Below are positions 9,518 through 22,004 of a DNA stretch of 64,000 nucleotides, one piece after another. Each line of letters starts with the position of its first letter. The stretch's first letter is position 1. The stretch lies in NCBI GenBank assembly GCA_964427915.1, contig CAYRWA010000001.1:65619-129618 (forward strand), in the 5' to 3' direction. A program made the translations under genes and the position numbers. This DNA comes from an uncultured Caldisericota bacterium. Lineage in GTDB: Bacteria; Caldisericota; Caldisericia; UBA6126. Below the pieces are notes generated by a model. The model ran no database searches, was not told where the DNA came from, and worked only from the letters and a program-made list of their open reading frames with translations.

Positions 9518-9546
9518 TTGACAAAAAGGCATGATTTCATTTTAAT
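9518..9546 (+). promoter_or_regulatory. Putative sigma70-type promoter for the SLC13 permease gene
   Basis: TTGACA 9518-9523, a 17-nt spacer, TTTAAT 9541-9546. An RBS (aagagg) lies about 12 nt before the ATG at 9583. Confidence 0.5.
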
Positions 9547-9582
9547 AAGTTTTATTCTAAGCAAAAGAGGTAGTGTAAGAAT

Positions 9583-11016
9583 ATGAAAAAGTTACGTTTG
9601 TTTCGACTCATGCTGAGTTCACTGTTTTTAGTTTTGATTCCTTCTATTGCTCTCGCTGCAGAATCAACCAGCTCTTCGACAAATACTACTCAAATTTGGA
9701 TTGCAATTGGGATACTAGTTGTTGCTGCCATCCTCTTCTTAACGGAAGCTATTCCGCTAGTTGCTACAGCCATGCTCGTTCCTTTTTTGCTCGTGATTTT
9801 CCAAATCGCTACATTTGGAGAAGCTTTCTCGGGTTTTTCAGATCAATGGGTTCTCCTCTTTCTATTCATGTTCATCATTGGAGATTCTTTATTTCAAGTG
9901 GGTGTTGCTGACAAAATTGGTCATTCCATCATTCGTGTAGCAAAAAACAATGAGACACGCTTAATCATCTATGTCATGCTTGTCAGTGGAATCATGTCTG
10001 CCTTTTTAAGCAACACGGGTACGGCAGCATGTCTTCTTCCTATCATGATAGCAATATCCAAAAGCAGTGGAATTTCTATCAAAAAGCTCTTAATCCCTAT
10101 GGCTTTTGCAACTTCTCTTGGAGGAGCCATGACCTTGATTGGTACGCCTCCTAATGGCATTGTTCAATCGGCCTATAGTGGTGCTGGAGGTGTTTTTACC
10201 TTCTTTGATTTTGGCAAGGTTTCTATTTTCATCTTCATCATTGGGATCATTTTCATGGTGACCATTGGTAGAAAGATTCTAGCGAAAATTGATCAACAAT
10301 CTTCAGCAAAAGAAAAAAAGGAGCTGGCTGATAGCAATCAGGTTACACCGGAAATTACCTACGACCGCAAAAAAGCTCCTATTGCGATTGCAACATTTGT
10401 TCTTGTTATCCTGTTCATGGTCATGTCGCCATTATGGAAAAATTTTGCACCGTCTTTGGCTCCTTTTTTCAAAAGTATCCCCTTGGTTTCCTATGCTGTT
10501 TTAGGAGCTGTTGTTATTTTAGCCACCAAAGTAGTTACTGTTAAACAAGCATTTAAAGCTGTAGACTGGACCACTATTTTCTTGTTTGCCGGTATGCTTT
10601 CTATGAAACCTGCTTTAATCAATTCAGGGGCAGCTGAATTTATTGGGAAAGGAATCATCCAGGGTACTGGAGGCATTGGGATCAATCCTAATTATGCCGT
10701 CCTGATCGCTCTTATTATTGTCAGCGTAATAGTGACTAATTTTATGTCCAACACAGCTACGGCAGCCCTTTTTGCTCCCATTGCTTTAGAGGTAGGAGTT
10801 TTACTTGGATGCAGTCCAGCACCTTTGTTAATGGGTGTAGGGCTTGCTACTTCTGCCTGCTTCTTAACTCCCGTTGCAACTCCTCCCAATACACTTGTAT
10901 TAGGACCTGGACGATATACATTTATGGATTATGTAAAATCTGGATGGGCACTACAGCTTCTTGTTGTCATACTGCTTGTGGTTCTCATTCCCTTCTTTTT
11001 CCCGTTTATGCCATAA
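9583..11016 (+). CDS. SLC13/DASS-family anion:cation symporter (di/tricarboxylate or sulfate type)
   Basis: Multi-TM protein with duplicated SNTGTA / SNTATAALFAPIA hairpin motifs and GTPPN / ATPPNT motifs typical of DASS/ArsB-NhaD permeases. Confidence 0.8.
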   Translation: MKKLRLFRLMLSSLFLVLIPSIALAAESTSSSTNTTQIWIAIGILVVAAILFLTEAIPLVATAMLVPFLLVIFQIATFGEAFSGFSDQWVLLFLFMFIIGDSLFQVGVADKIGHSIIRVAKNNETRLIIYVMLVSGIMSAFLSNTGTAACLLPIMIAISKSSGISIKKLLIPMAFATSLGGAMTLIGTPPNGIVQSAYSGAGGVFTFFDFGKVSIFIFIIGIIFMVTIGRKILAKIDQQSSAKEKKELADSNQVTPEITYDRKKAPIAIATFVLVILFMVMSPLWKNFAPSLAPFFKSIPLVSYAVLGAVVILATKVVTVKQAFKAVDWTTIFLFAGMLSMKPALINSGAAEFIGKGIIQGTGGIGINPNYAVLIALIIVSVIVTNFMSNTATAALFAPIALEVGVLLGCSPAPLLMGVGLATSACFLTPVATPPNTLVLGPGRYTFMDYVKSGWALQLLVVILLVVLIPFFFPFMP

Positions 11017-11032
11017 ACCTTTTTGTAACAAT

Positions 11033-11072
11033 AAAAAAAACCCATTGGAAAAACTTCCAATGGGTTTTTTTT
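11033..11072. terminator. Rho-independent terminator, potentially bidirectional
   Basis: Perfect 10-bp stem cccattggaa (11041-11050) / ttccaatggg (11055-11064) with a 4-nt loop. It is flanked by A8 upstream and T8 downstream. Confidence 0.85.
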
Positions 11073-11099
11073 CGCACTCTCCTCCAATCTTTGTATAAT
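11071..11099 (+). promoter_or_regulatory. Putative promoter for pepF
   Basis: TTCGCA (11071-11076), a 17-nt spacer, and a perfect TATAAT (11094-11099). Confidence 0.4.
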
Positions 11100-11123
11100 G
11101 TTGACAAATCCAATGAATAGGAA

Positions 11124-14041
<2,918 letters not shown>

Positions 14042-14044
14042 CCC

Positions 14045-14704
14045 ATGATTACATTAAGAGATGTACAGGCAGTAAAAGATATCCAGGAACTGATACAAAA
14101 AGCAGATGAATACCTAGGAGCATTGGGTTTTACAGACCACGGTATCAATCACATTGAAATGGTTACAAGAAGAGCCCTAATGATAGCTGACAAATTGTCT
14201 TTTACAGACGATGAAAAAGAACTAGTTGGCATTTCAGCCTATATGCACGATATCGGGAATGTTACCGGACGACATAATCATTCTATGGCTGGGTCTATCA
14301 TGGCGTTTCAATTGCTACGTGAATTAAACATGGACATTACACATATCAGCAAAATAATGACAGCGATAGCGAATCATGACGAAAGCAACAGTGAAATTAC
14401 TGATAACATTTCTGCTGTTCTCATTATTGCAGATAAATCGGATGTACGCCAGAGCCGAGTAAGAGAAAAAAATCGAACCAAATTTGATATTCATGACCGG
14501 GTAAACTATGCTGTCCAGAACTCCTCACTCATTGTGATTAATGGGAACAAAGAAATCTGGTTAAATCTTGAAATTGACACTTCTCTTTCTCCAATGATGG
14601 ACTATTTTGAAATTTTTCTAAGTCGCATGCTCCTTTCAAAAAGAGCAGCAGCAAAGTTAGGATACAATTTTCACCTGAAAATCAACAGCAGTATTCTTGC
14701 ATAA
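14045..14704 (+). CDS. HD-domain phosphohydrolase
   Basis: His...HD pattern (GINHIE, YMHDIGN, HNHSMAGS, ANHD, ADKSD). Confidence 0.7.
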   Translation: MITLRDVQAVKDIQELIQKADEYLGALGFTDHGINHIEMVTRRALMIADKLSFTDDEKELVGISAYMHDIGNVTGRHNHSMAGSIMAFQLLRELNMDITHISKIMTAIANHDESNSEITDNISAVLIIADKSDVRQSRVREKNRTKFDIHDRVNYAVQNSSLIVINGNKEIWLNLEIDTSLSPMMDYFEIFLSRMLLSKRAAAKLGYNFHLKINSSILA

Positions 14705-14714
14705 GGAGATTTTT

Positions 14715-15593
14715 ATGAAACATATCAGCTACTTATTCCCTGGCCAAGGTTCTCAATATATTGGAATGATGGATAAAGTACCCAAATCATCTATTGCACA
14801 ATCCTATTTGCAAGTTTTTACCAAAGAATTTGGGAAATCCATTGAATCGTTTACAGAAGAAGAAATCAAACTCACACAATTCACTCAACCAATTCTATAT
14901 ACGATTAGCGCATGCTATCTTCGCTGGATACAAGAAAGGGAAAATCCACCTTCCTTTTTAGCTGGGCACAGTTTAGGAGAGATCTCTGCGTTGTTTGCTG
15001 CAGGTGTACTGTCTTTTGAAGAAGGACTGGCCCTTACAAAATATCGGGGCAAATTAATGGAAGAAGTCACACAAGATACTCCAGGAGGAATGTGTGCCGT
15101 CATAGGATTACCGATCCATGAAGTGAAGGCATTGTGTGAGAAACTACAACCTTTAGGTGTAGCAGAAGCTGTGAATATCAATGCAGAAAAACAGATTGTT
15201 ATTTCTGGCTCAAAGCTGGCCATGGAAAAAGCTCCTGCACTTGCAAAAGAAATGGGTGCTCGGATGTGTATTCCTTTACAAGTATCAGCGCCTTTTCACT
15301 CATCGCTAATGAAACCCATTGAGAGAAAATTTTCTGTATTTCTTCAAGACTATTGCTTCAAAGATGCAACAATTCCTATCCTTCAAAATGTCGATGCGCA
15401 ACCTCATCAATGTGCAAAAATGCTGAAATACAACCTGATTCAACAATTGTCTCATCCAGTTCTTTGGAAAAATTCTCTAGACGAAATGATAGCAAGAGGG
15501 GTCACAGAAGCATTTGAAATTGGTCCTAAAAATGTTTTATCAGGACTTTGTAGAGGAACTAAAATCAAATGCGTACCCATTGAAACACTTTAG
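14715..15593 (+). CDS. fabD: Malonyl-CoA:ACP transacylase
   Basis: FPGQGSQYIGM, the active-site GHSLGE, and SAPFHS. The start is taken at MKHISYLFPGQGSQ. Confidence 0.9.
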   Translation: MKHISYLFPGQGSQYIGMMDKVPKSSIAQSYLQVFTKEFGKSIESFTEEEIKLTQFTQPILYTISACYLRWIQERENPPSFLAGHSLGEISALFAAGVLSFEEGLALTKYRGKLMEEVTQDTPGGMCAVIGLPIHEVKALCEKLQPLGVAEAVNINAEKQIVISGSKLAMEKAPALAKEMGARMCIPLQVSAPFHSSLMKPIERKFSVFLQDYCFKDATIPILQNVDAQPHQCAKMLKYNLIQQLSHPVLWKNSLDEMIARGVTEAFEIGPKNVLSGLCRGTKIKCVPIETL

Positions 15594-15617
15594 AAAAATG
15601 AACAAACCATCTACATT

Positions 15618-15965
15618 TTAAGGCACTAAACTATAGACCCAAAAAGCAAAAATACCAATGATTACGATATTCACAATAGCCCCCACACGGCCTTTTAAAA
15701 GTGTTCTTACCCCATAGAGAATAAGAATGACCGCAATGAAAATGAATATTTTTATTTGTCCTAGAGTATTTCCAACATATAGCTCATAGGGCCATAGATA
15801 GTGGATTAAAAGCATGACTCCACAAAAGATTAGAAAAACGCCCCAAAAAATACCTTCTGGAAACGTATTGGTAAAAAATCGAATACACTCTGTTATGAAA
15901 AAGGTTACAATCCATAAAACAAAAATCCATATCCATATTGACACACCTAGTATTGACATGTTCAC
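15618..15965 (-). CDS. Small integral membrane protein (about 4 TM)
   Basis: 115 aa, almost entirely hydrophobic helices. It is the last gene of the clpB-pspC-pspC string. Confidence 0.5.
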   Translation of the reverse strand: MNMSILGVSIWIWIFVLWIVTFFITECIRFFTNTFPEGIFWGVFLIFCGVMLLIHYLWPYELYVGNTLGQIKIFIFIAVILILYGVRTLLKGRVGAIVNIVIIGIFAFWVYSLVP

Positions 15966-15968
15966 CCC

Positions 15969-16283
15969 CTATGAATGATCTGGTTCTTCTGTAGAAATTT
16001 CACGAGCTTTTCCTTGAATTTCATTTTCTGCATGAGAGGATCCTTTTTGTTTTGTTTGCATTGGTGGATCAATGGTAGTTGATATCGGTATGGAAACAAT
16101 TCCCATTACATAAAAAAAGAAAAGGAGAAAGAACCCGGAAAATCGTAAGAAGTATCCTGATGCAATAATGATTAACACAAAAACAAAACGAAGAAGAAAA
16201 GACGGGATATGCAAATACTCAGCAAACCCACCAATAATCCCTGCGAAAACTCGATCATTTCGAGACCGATACAATGTTTTCAT
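15969..16283 (-). CDS. PspC-domain membrane protein
   Basis: LYRSRNDRVFAGIIGGFAEYLHIP is the PspC-domain signature, followed by TM helices. Confidence 0.75.
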   Translation of the reverse strand: MKTLYRSRNDRVFAGIIGGFAEYLHIPSFLLRFVFVLIIIASGYFLRFSGFFLLFFFYVMGIVSIPISTTIDPPMQTKQKGSSHAENEIQGKAREISTEEPDHS

Positions 16284-16289
16284 AAGAGG

Positions 16290-16523
16290 TTATTGAAAGA
16301 ATGGATCATGGTCATCTTCGAAACCAATAGGTTTTTTTGGAATAATAATCCACGCCACAAGGTAGGCAACAATGAGTATCCCATTTGTAAAAAGAGCCAA
16401 GATAACCAATAAAACACGCAGCAACGATGTATCTAGGGTCCATTGAAAATACTCAGCAATGCCAGAAACCACCCCGCCAAAAACTGCATTATCTCTACAT
16501 CGATATAGTTTGTTTTTCATCAT
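16290..16523 (-). CDS. PspC-domain membrane protein (tandem paralogue)
   Basis: [23 protein letters not shown] PspC signature. The start is trimmed to MMKNK because the longer ORF would lie inside clpB. It still overlaps the clpB 3' end by about 29 nt. Confidence 0.7.
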   Translation of the reverse strand: MMKNKLYRCRDNAVFGGVVSGIAEYFQWTLDTSLLRVLLVILALFTNGILIVAYLVAWIIIPKKPIGFEDDHDPFFQ

Positions 16524-19128
16524 TTGACTCCTTTGAATCATTTTTGGTTGTTTTGGAAAAGGTAAACATATTTTTCTTATAATCAACAAGAACCGTATCA
16601 AATGGTACAATTTCACGGGTTAATATTTGCAGAGAAAGAGGATTGGCGATTTCATTTTGAATCACTCTTTTCAAAGGTCTTGCTCCAAATACTGGATCGT
16701 ATCCTTTGTCAGCAATTTGCTGAATAGCTTCCTCGCTAAAATGAATGTCAATGTTCTGGTTTGCTATTCTTTTTTGAATAATGCCAAGTTGAATTTTCAC
16801 AATGTCATGGATCTGCTCTTTTTCAAGTCGGTGGAAAAGAATAATTTCATCAATACGGTTAAGAAACTCAGGTCGAAATTTCTCGCGCAACAGTTTCATG
16901 GTATTCGATTTCATTTCTTCATGAGACAATTCCACGTTTTGTAAGTATTGACTCCCTACATTCGAAGTCATAATAATGACGGTGTTTTTAAAATCAACAG
17001 TTCGACCTTGCCCATCGGTAAGTCTTCCATCATCTAAAACTTGTAGAAGTGTATTGAAAACATCCACATGAGCTTTTTCAATTTCATCAAGAAGTATGAC
17101 ACAATAGGGACGTCTACGGACCGTTTCGGTTAGTTGACCTCCTTCTTCATATCCAACATATCCGGGAGGTGCTCCAATTAAACGAGAGACGGAATACTTC
17201 TCCATGTACTCGCTCATATCGATTCGTATCATGGCTTGATCGTCATCAAATAAAAACAATGCCAACGATTTTGCTAGTTCTGTTTTTCCTACCCCTGTAG
17301 GACCAAGGAACATAAAAGAGCCAATGGGCTTGTTTGGGTCTGACAGTCCACTTCGAGATCTTCGCACTGCATTGGCGACTGCATGAATTGCTTGATCTTG
17401 CCCGATAACACGTTCATGCAATCTTGATTCCATTTTCACTAGTTTTTCTGTTTCAGCTTCTACCAGTTTGGAAACAGGAATGCCTGTCCAATGAGAAACA
17501 ACTCCTGCAATGTCATTGTCAGTCACTTGTTCTACAACCATTCTTTTGTCATCTGGTATTTGTTCTAATTTATCGCTGTACTTTTTCAATTCTTCTTCTT
17601 TTTGCAATATCTTTCCATATTTAAGCTCCGCTGCGCGATCCCAATCTCCACTCATTTCAGCTTGTTTTTCTTCATTTTTCATTCGATCAATGTCGCCCTT
17701 GCACTCTCGTATATGGTTCAGAATTTCTTTTTCTGATTCCCAGCGTACACGTAATGCATCCGCTTTCTGTTTTAATTCCCGATAGTGTTCTTCAATGACT
17801 GCAATCCGCTTTTTCGATTCTCTATCTTTGTCTTTTGCCAAAGCTTTTTTCTCAATTTCACATTGTCGAATTTTTCGATCAATTTCATCCAATTCAATAG
17901 GAGAACTATCAATTTCCATGCGAAGTCTTGATGCGGCCTCATCAATTAAATCAATGGCCTTGTCGGGCAAAAATCGATCTGTTATATACCGGTCTGATAA
18001 TTCTGCTGCAGCAATAATGGCAGAATCTCGAATTTTTACTCCATGATGGACTTCATAGCGTTCCTTAAGTCCTCGTAAAATGGCAATTGTGTCTTTGACA
18101 CTTGGCTCACCGACATAAACAGGCTGAAAACGTCTTTCGAGAGCGGCATCTTTTTCAATTTTCTTTCGATATTCATGTAAAGTGGTTGCTCCAATTGCTC
18201 GTAATTCTCCTCTTGCCAGAGAAGGCTTCAACAAATTGGCAGCATCCATGGATCCCTCAGCATTGCCAGCTCCAACAAGAGTGTGAAGTTCGTCAATAAA
18301 CAAGATAACTTGCCCCTGAGAAGAAACAACTTCTTTCAAAACGGCTTTCAATCGTTCTTCGAATTCACCTCTATATTTCGCACCAGCTACCAATAAACCT
18401 AAGTCCAGAGAAACAACTTTTTTATTCTTTAATCCTTCAGGAACATCACCATCGGATATTCTACTGGCCAAGCCCTCTACAATAGCTGTTTTGCCAACAC
18501 CGGGCTCTCCAATCAAAACAGGATTGTTTTTTGTTCTTCGGGACAGAACTTGAATCGTACGGCGGATTTCTTCATCTCGTCCGATAACAGGATCTAGTTT
18601 TCCAGTACGGGCCAATTCTGTTAGGTCTTTACCATATCTCTGAAGAGATTGGTATTGATTCTCGGGGGACTGATTTGTCACTCGATGGGAACCCCGCAAT
18701 TCTTTTACAATAGATAAAACCTGTGATTTATCTATACCTTGGGAGCGGAAATACTCCCCAATGGGTAGGTTGGATAAAGATAACAAAGACAAAAGAACAT
18801 GTTCTGTTGAAACATATTCGTCATGCAAAGATCGACTCTCTGTTTGAGCTTGTTCTAAAACTTGTTTCGTAGCATCCGATATATAAACTTGGGTGCTACT
18901 AGAAACAGTAGGAAAGGACTGAATCGTTTTTTCTAAAGTCTCCGATAAGGATGCCAGAGACAATCCAAGTTTGGATAAAATGGCAGGAACCAGAGAATCG
19001 CTTTGTTGTATCAAAGCAAGTAAAAGGTGTTCTGGCTCAATTTGCTGATTTGTATGGGAAACAGCTTTATTTTGTGCAGCCACAATGGCTTGCTGAAGTT
19101 TTATTGTGAAAGCATCCATAGAAAACAT
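16495..19128 (-). CDS. clpB: Disaggregase chaperone ClpB
   Basis: Clp_N repeats, two AAA+ modules ([18 protein letters not shown]), a long middle coiled coil, and no ClpP-binding LGF loop. Confidence 0.95.
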   Translation of the reverse strand: MFSMDAFTIKLQQAIVAAQNKAVSHTNQQIEPEHLLLALIQQSDSLVPAILSKLGLSLASLSETLEKTIQSFPTVSSSTQVYISDATKQVLEQAQTESRSLHDEYVSTEHVLLSLLSLSNLPIGEYFRSQGIDKSQVLSIVKELRGSHRVTNQSPENQYQSLQRYGKDLTELARTGKLDPVIGRDEEIRRTIQVLSRRTKNNPVLIGEPGVGKTAIVEGLASRISDGDVPEGLKNKKVVSLDLGLLVAGAKYRGEFEERLKAVLKEVVSSQGQVILFIDELHTLVGAGNAEGSMDAANLLKPSLARGELRAIGATTLHEYRKKIEKDAALERRFQPVYVGEPSVKDTIAILRGLKERYEVHHGVKIRDSAIIAAAELSDRYITDRFLPDKAIDLIDEAASRLRMEIDSSPIELDEIDRKIRQCEIEKKALAKDKDRESKKRIAVIEEHYRELKQKADALRVRWESEKEILNHIRECKGDIDRMKNEEKQAEMSGDWDRAAELKYGKILQKEEELKKYSDKLEQIPDDKRMVVEQVTDNDIAGVVSHWTGIPVSKLVEAETEKLVKMESRLHERVIGQDQAIHAVANAVRRSRSGLSDPNKPIGSFMFLGPTGVGKTELAKSLALFLFDDDQAMIRIDMSEYMEKYSVSRLIGAPPGYVGYEEGGQLTETVRRRPYCVILLDEIEKAHVDVFNTLLQVLDDGRLTDGQGRTVDFKNTVIIMTSNVGSQYLQNVELSHEEMKSNTMKLLREKFRPEFLNRIDEIILFHRLEKEQIHDIVKIQLGIIQKRIANQNIDIHFSEEAIQQIADKGYDPVFGARPLKRVIQNEIANPLSLQILTREIVPFDTVLVDYKKNMFTFSKTTKNDSKESNDEKQTISM

Positions 19129-19218
19129 TTATAAGTTCCTCCTTCATCATTCTTTTCAAAGTATACTAGTAAAAGAAAAGAATGTAGTAACTACTATAAA
19201 TATTCCCTATTGGACGCT

Positions 19219-19878
19219 TTATTTGCTTGCTTTTTTGAATTTTTCCCAATCCTGATCAAATGTTTGAATTCCTTTTTCTGTTAAAGGATGATGTATCATT
19301 TTTTCAATCACAGATAGGGGTATCGTTGCAATATGTGCTCCCGCTTGGGCAGCTTGCGTCACGTGAAGAGGATGCCGAATACTAGCAGCAATGACTTCCG
19401 TATCGTATTCATAATAGTCGAGACAATCTACTAAATCCTCTACAAGCTGCATACCATCATGTCCTGTATCGTCAATGCGTCCAATAAAGGGAGAGACATA
19501 CTGTGCTCCAACTTTTGCTGCTAAAAGACCCTGGTTCACAGAAAAAATGAGGGTGCAATTGCAGGGGATACCCTCTTCAGACAAAATCCTCATAGCCTTC
19601 AGGCCTTCGTGGCACATAGGAATCTTGATGACGATATAGTCTGGGTTCATAGCAAACCATTTGCGAGCTTCTTTGGACATTTCTTCTGCTGTTTTCCCGA
19701 CAACTTCGACGCTAACAGGACCTTGAACAAGATCAACAATAGACATAACAATGTCTTGCGAAGATTTGCCCATTTCTTTGCTCATCAAGGTAGGATTTGT
19801 TGTAACTCCATCTACAATACCCAATTCATAAGCTTTTCGGATATCGTCAATGTTGGCAGTGTCGACAAATATTTTCAT
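19219..19878 (-). CDS. tal: Transaldolase / fructose-6-phosphate aldolase (short TalC/Fsa type)
   Basis: MKIFVDTANIDDI...GVTTNPTL, with a Schiff-base Lys context (IVIKIP). The RBS ggagg lies inside the longer ORF, which favours the MKIF start. Confidence 0.9.
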   Translation of the reverse strand: MKIFVDTANIDDIRKAYELGIVDGVTTNPTLMSKEMGKSSQDIVMSIVDLVQGPVSVEVVGKTAEEMSKEARKWFAMNPDYIVIKIPMCHEGLKAMRILSEEGIPCNCTLIFSVNQGLLAAKVGAQYVSPFIGRIDDTGHDGMQLVEDLVDCLDYYEYDTEVIAASIRHPLHVTQAAQAGAHIATIPLSVIEKMIHHPLTEKGIQTFDQDWEKFKKASK

Positions 19879-20539
19879 TCTTTCCTCCATTAACCAGTAT
19901 AATTGCTAAAATTCCTTGCATATGTAGTATAGTAAATTTTTTTCCGATTGGAATATTGCTAAGTCCGCGACTCGTATTCTGAAACAATGATTCTCCCCGA
20001 AGAGGATATAGCAATTGTTCTGTCGTAACTCCTTCTACACTTTCCGTCAACGGATAAAGGGTAACGCTTTTGTAGGATTGATTCTGAATTTCAATGGGCT
20101 TGGACCCATTGGATATGATAATTGTTTCCGTATCCCCCACAAAGGTAACAAAAAACCCCTCAATAGATAGCTGTTTAGCTACAGAAAGGTTGGTTAAAAA
20201 ATGATCGGTTCTCCCCCCTATCATATTTATTAAAACAACTGGGATGGTCGAATCAAAGTGAGAAGTAATATACCGAGAACCGAGTTCAAAATCAGACTCA
20301 TCTTTTTCTGGTGGATAGACTAATTTTGGGATATTGGATGTTTCTAACCATTGTCGATGGATAGAAGACAGTGAATCACAATCACCTATAAAAATGTCAG
20401 GATACATACGATTGGGGATTGCCCAGTTCAATCCTCCATCCAAAGCAATTACAAAGTCTTTCTCAAGATCCAGTTGGAGTTGGGATCGTAGATAGCTCTC
20501 TGGACCAGCCCCAATACAGAGTATCCTTTGAGGATTCAT
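19847..20539 (-). CDS. thiN: Thiamine pyrophosphokinase
   Basis: ALDGG, IGDCDSL and GGRTDHFLTNL motifs. It sits downstream of rpe, as in Bacillus. Confidence 0.75.
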   Translation of the reverse strand: MNPQRILCIGAGPESYLRSQLQLDLEKDFVIALDGGLNWAIPNRMYPDIFIGDCDSLSSIHRQWLETSNIPKLVYPPEKDESDFELGSRYITSHFDSTIPVVLINMIGGRTDHFLTNLSVAKQLSIEGFFVTFVGDTETIIISNGSKPIEIQNQSYKSVTLYPLTESVEGVTTEQLLYPLRGESLFQNTSRGLSNIPIGKKFTILHMQGILAIILVNGGKNENICRHCQH

Positions 20540-21192
20540 GAGAGTTCAGATAAACGTTGAAAAACCTCGGAAGGATGTGGATGATGCACCAAATAACTAC
20601 CCATTACAATCATATCTACATTCAGCTTTTGTAGCTGTTTTGCCTCTTCGAGCTGAATACCCCCATCGACTTGGATACGAAATGAACAACTCATGCGAGC
20701 TCGCAAGTTTTGCAATGCCTCAATCTTGGAATACGTTTCTTTTCGAAATTGTTGGCCTCCAAAACCGGGTTCAACACTCATCAATAAAACAAACGACAAA
20801 GACGAAAGATAAGGTTTGAGTGTATCAATGCTAGTTTCTGGAGAAATTGCTAAACCAGGTTGAATACCCTTTTTTTTACAAGATTGTATCCAAGAATCCA
20901 CCAAAGAAATAGATTCATTATGAAACGAAAACCACAAAGGAGATGTATCTAAAAACGAGCTAGCTACATTTTGTAGAGCTTTTTCGGTTGTCATGAAATG
21001 AACATCCAGAGGAATAGAAGGGTATTCCTCTTTGATGGATTGTACCCACATTGCATTGAGGGCGAGATTGGGAACAAAGTTTCCATCCATCACATCAATG
21101 TGCCAGTAATCAATACCAGCCTTAGAAAGTGATTGTAGAACATTGTTTGCCCTAAACAAAGGCAACGATAGAAGTGATGCTCCTACCAACAT
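20536..21192 (-). CDS. rpe: Ribulose-phosphate 3-epimerase
   Basis: HIDVMDGNFVPN, DVHFM, SVEPGFGGQQF and VDGG motifs. Confidence 0.9.
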   Translation of the reverse strand: MLVGASLLSLPLFRANNVLQSLSKAGIDYWHIDVMDGNFVPNLALNAMWVQSIKEEYPSIPLDVHFMTTEKALQNVASSFLDTSPLWFSFHNESISLVDSWIQSCKKKGIQPGLAISPETSIDTLKPYLSSLSFVLLMSVEPGFGGQQFRKETYSKIEALQNLRARMSCSFRIQVDGGIQLEEAKQLQKLNVDMIVMGSYLVHHPHPSEVFQRLSELS

Positions 21193-21197
21193 AGTAC

Positions 21198-22004
21198 TTA
21201 CTCCGATCCTACCGATTTTTGAATAAGTTCTTCATTCACCACAACATTGATAGAGGAGTTTTTTTCTGCAGGCGAGCCAGGTATTGGTTCTTGAATATAT
21301 ACTACTCCTCGCGAAAATGCAGTACTAGGTTTAAATGTAATGGTACCAATTGTATACCCGCTGTGGGCTATAATATACTTCGCATCCTCCAGATGGGAGT
21401 CAAGTAGATTGGGAACACGAGGCAATGAAGGAAGATAGACAGTAAGAGTTATTCCTTGTCCAGGTTTCATTTCAGTTCCAGGTGATGGAGTCTGGGACAA
21501 AATGTGCCCCAACGAAACAGTTGGGGCCATATTGCTGAGAAGCGCAGAGACACTTTCAGTATCATCAGCACTCTCGGTATTTTCATTTTGTTCATCGGTT
21601 TGGTCAGAAGCATGAAAAGATTCTACTTCATGAATCTCACGAACAAAAAGGTTTTCATTGTGAACCATCTCCATCGCTTCCCCGTAGGTTTTTCCAACAA
21701 AATCAGGACACAGGATAACCGGGCTCCCTCTGCTAATTTTTACAGAAACAGATCGCCCGTATTTCACTTCAGTAGAAGGAAAGGGAACTTGAGTTAGAAT
21801 GATATCTTGTGGTACCGACGAGGAGTAGGTGGAGTCTTTCACTTTCAAAACCAGGCCCAACTCTTCAATGATCTCTTCTGCTTTATGGAGTTCAATTCCG
21901 CGAAGATCGGGCACTTTAACAAGCTGGTTTGAGCTACAGCCTGAGAATCCAGCTAACAAAACGCATATAAAAACAGCAATAAAGCAGTGTTTCCAGTTAC
22001 CCAT
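21198..22004 (-). CDS. Lipoprotein made of three PASTA domains, with no kinase or transpeptidase domain
   Basis: Lipobox-like LLAGFSGC. Three PASTA-like units start at VPDLRG, CPDFVG and VPNLLD; the second carries an acidic insertion. Confidence 0.8.
   Translation of the reverse strand: MGNWKHCFIAVFICVLLAGFSGCSSNQLVKVPDLRGIELHKAEEIIEELGLVLKVKDSTYSSSVPQDIILTQVPFPSTEVKYGRSVSVKISRGSPVILCPDFVGKTYGEAMEMVHNENLFVREIHEVESFHASDQTDEQNENTESADDTESVSALLSNMAPTVSLGHILSQTPSPGTEMKPGQGITLTVYLPSLPRVPNLLDSHLEDAKYIIAHSGYTIGTITFKPSTAFSRGVVYIQEPIPGSPAEKNSSINVVVNEELIQKSVGSE

Noticed and set aside
16290-16616. 108-aa version of the second PspC ORF.
   Set aside because: The first 31 codons overlap the conserved clpC-terminal coding region of clpB and carry no PspC similarity. 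An internal MMKNK start is more plausible.
19129-19218. Heat-shock operators (CIRCE, CtsR box) upstream of clpB. A small palindrome GTAGT-A-ACTAC was noted.
   Set aside because: No CIRCE (TTAGCACTC-N9-GAGTGCTAA) or GGTCAAA repeat is present. The 5-bp palindrome is too short to be meaningful.
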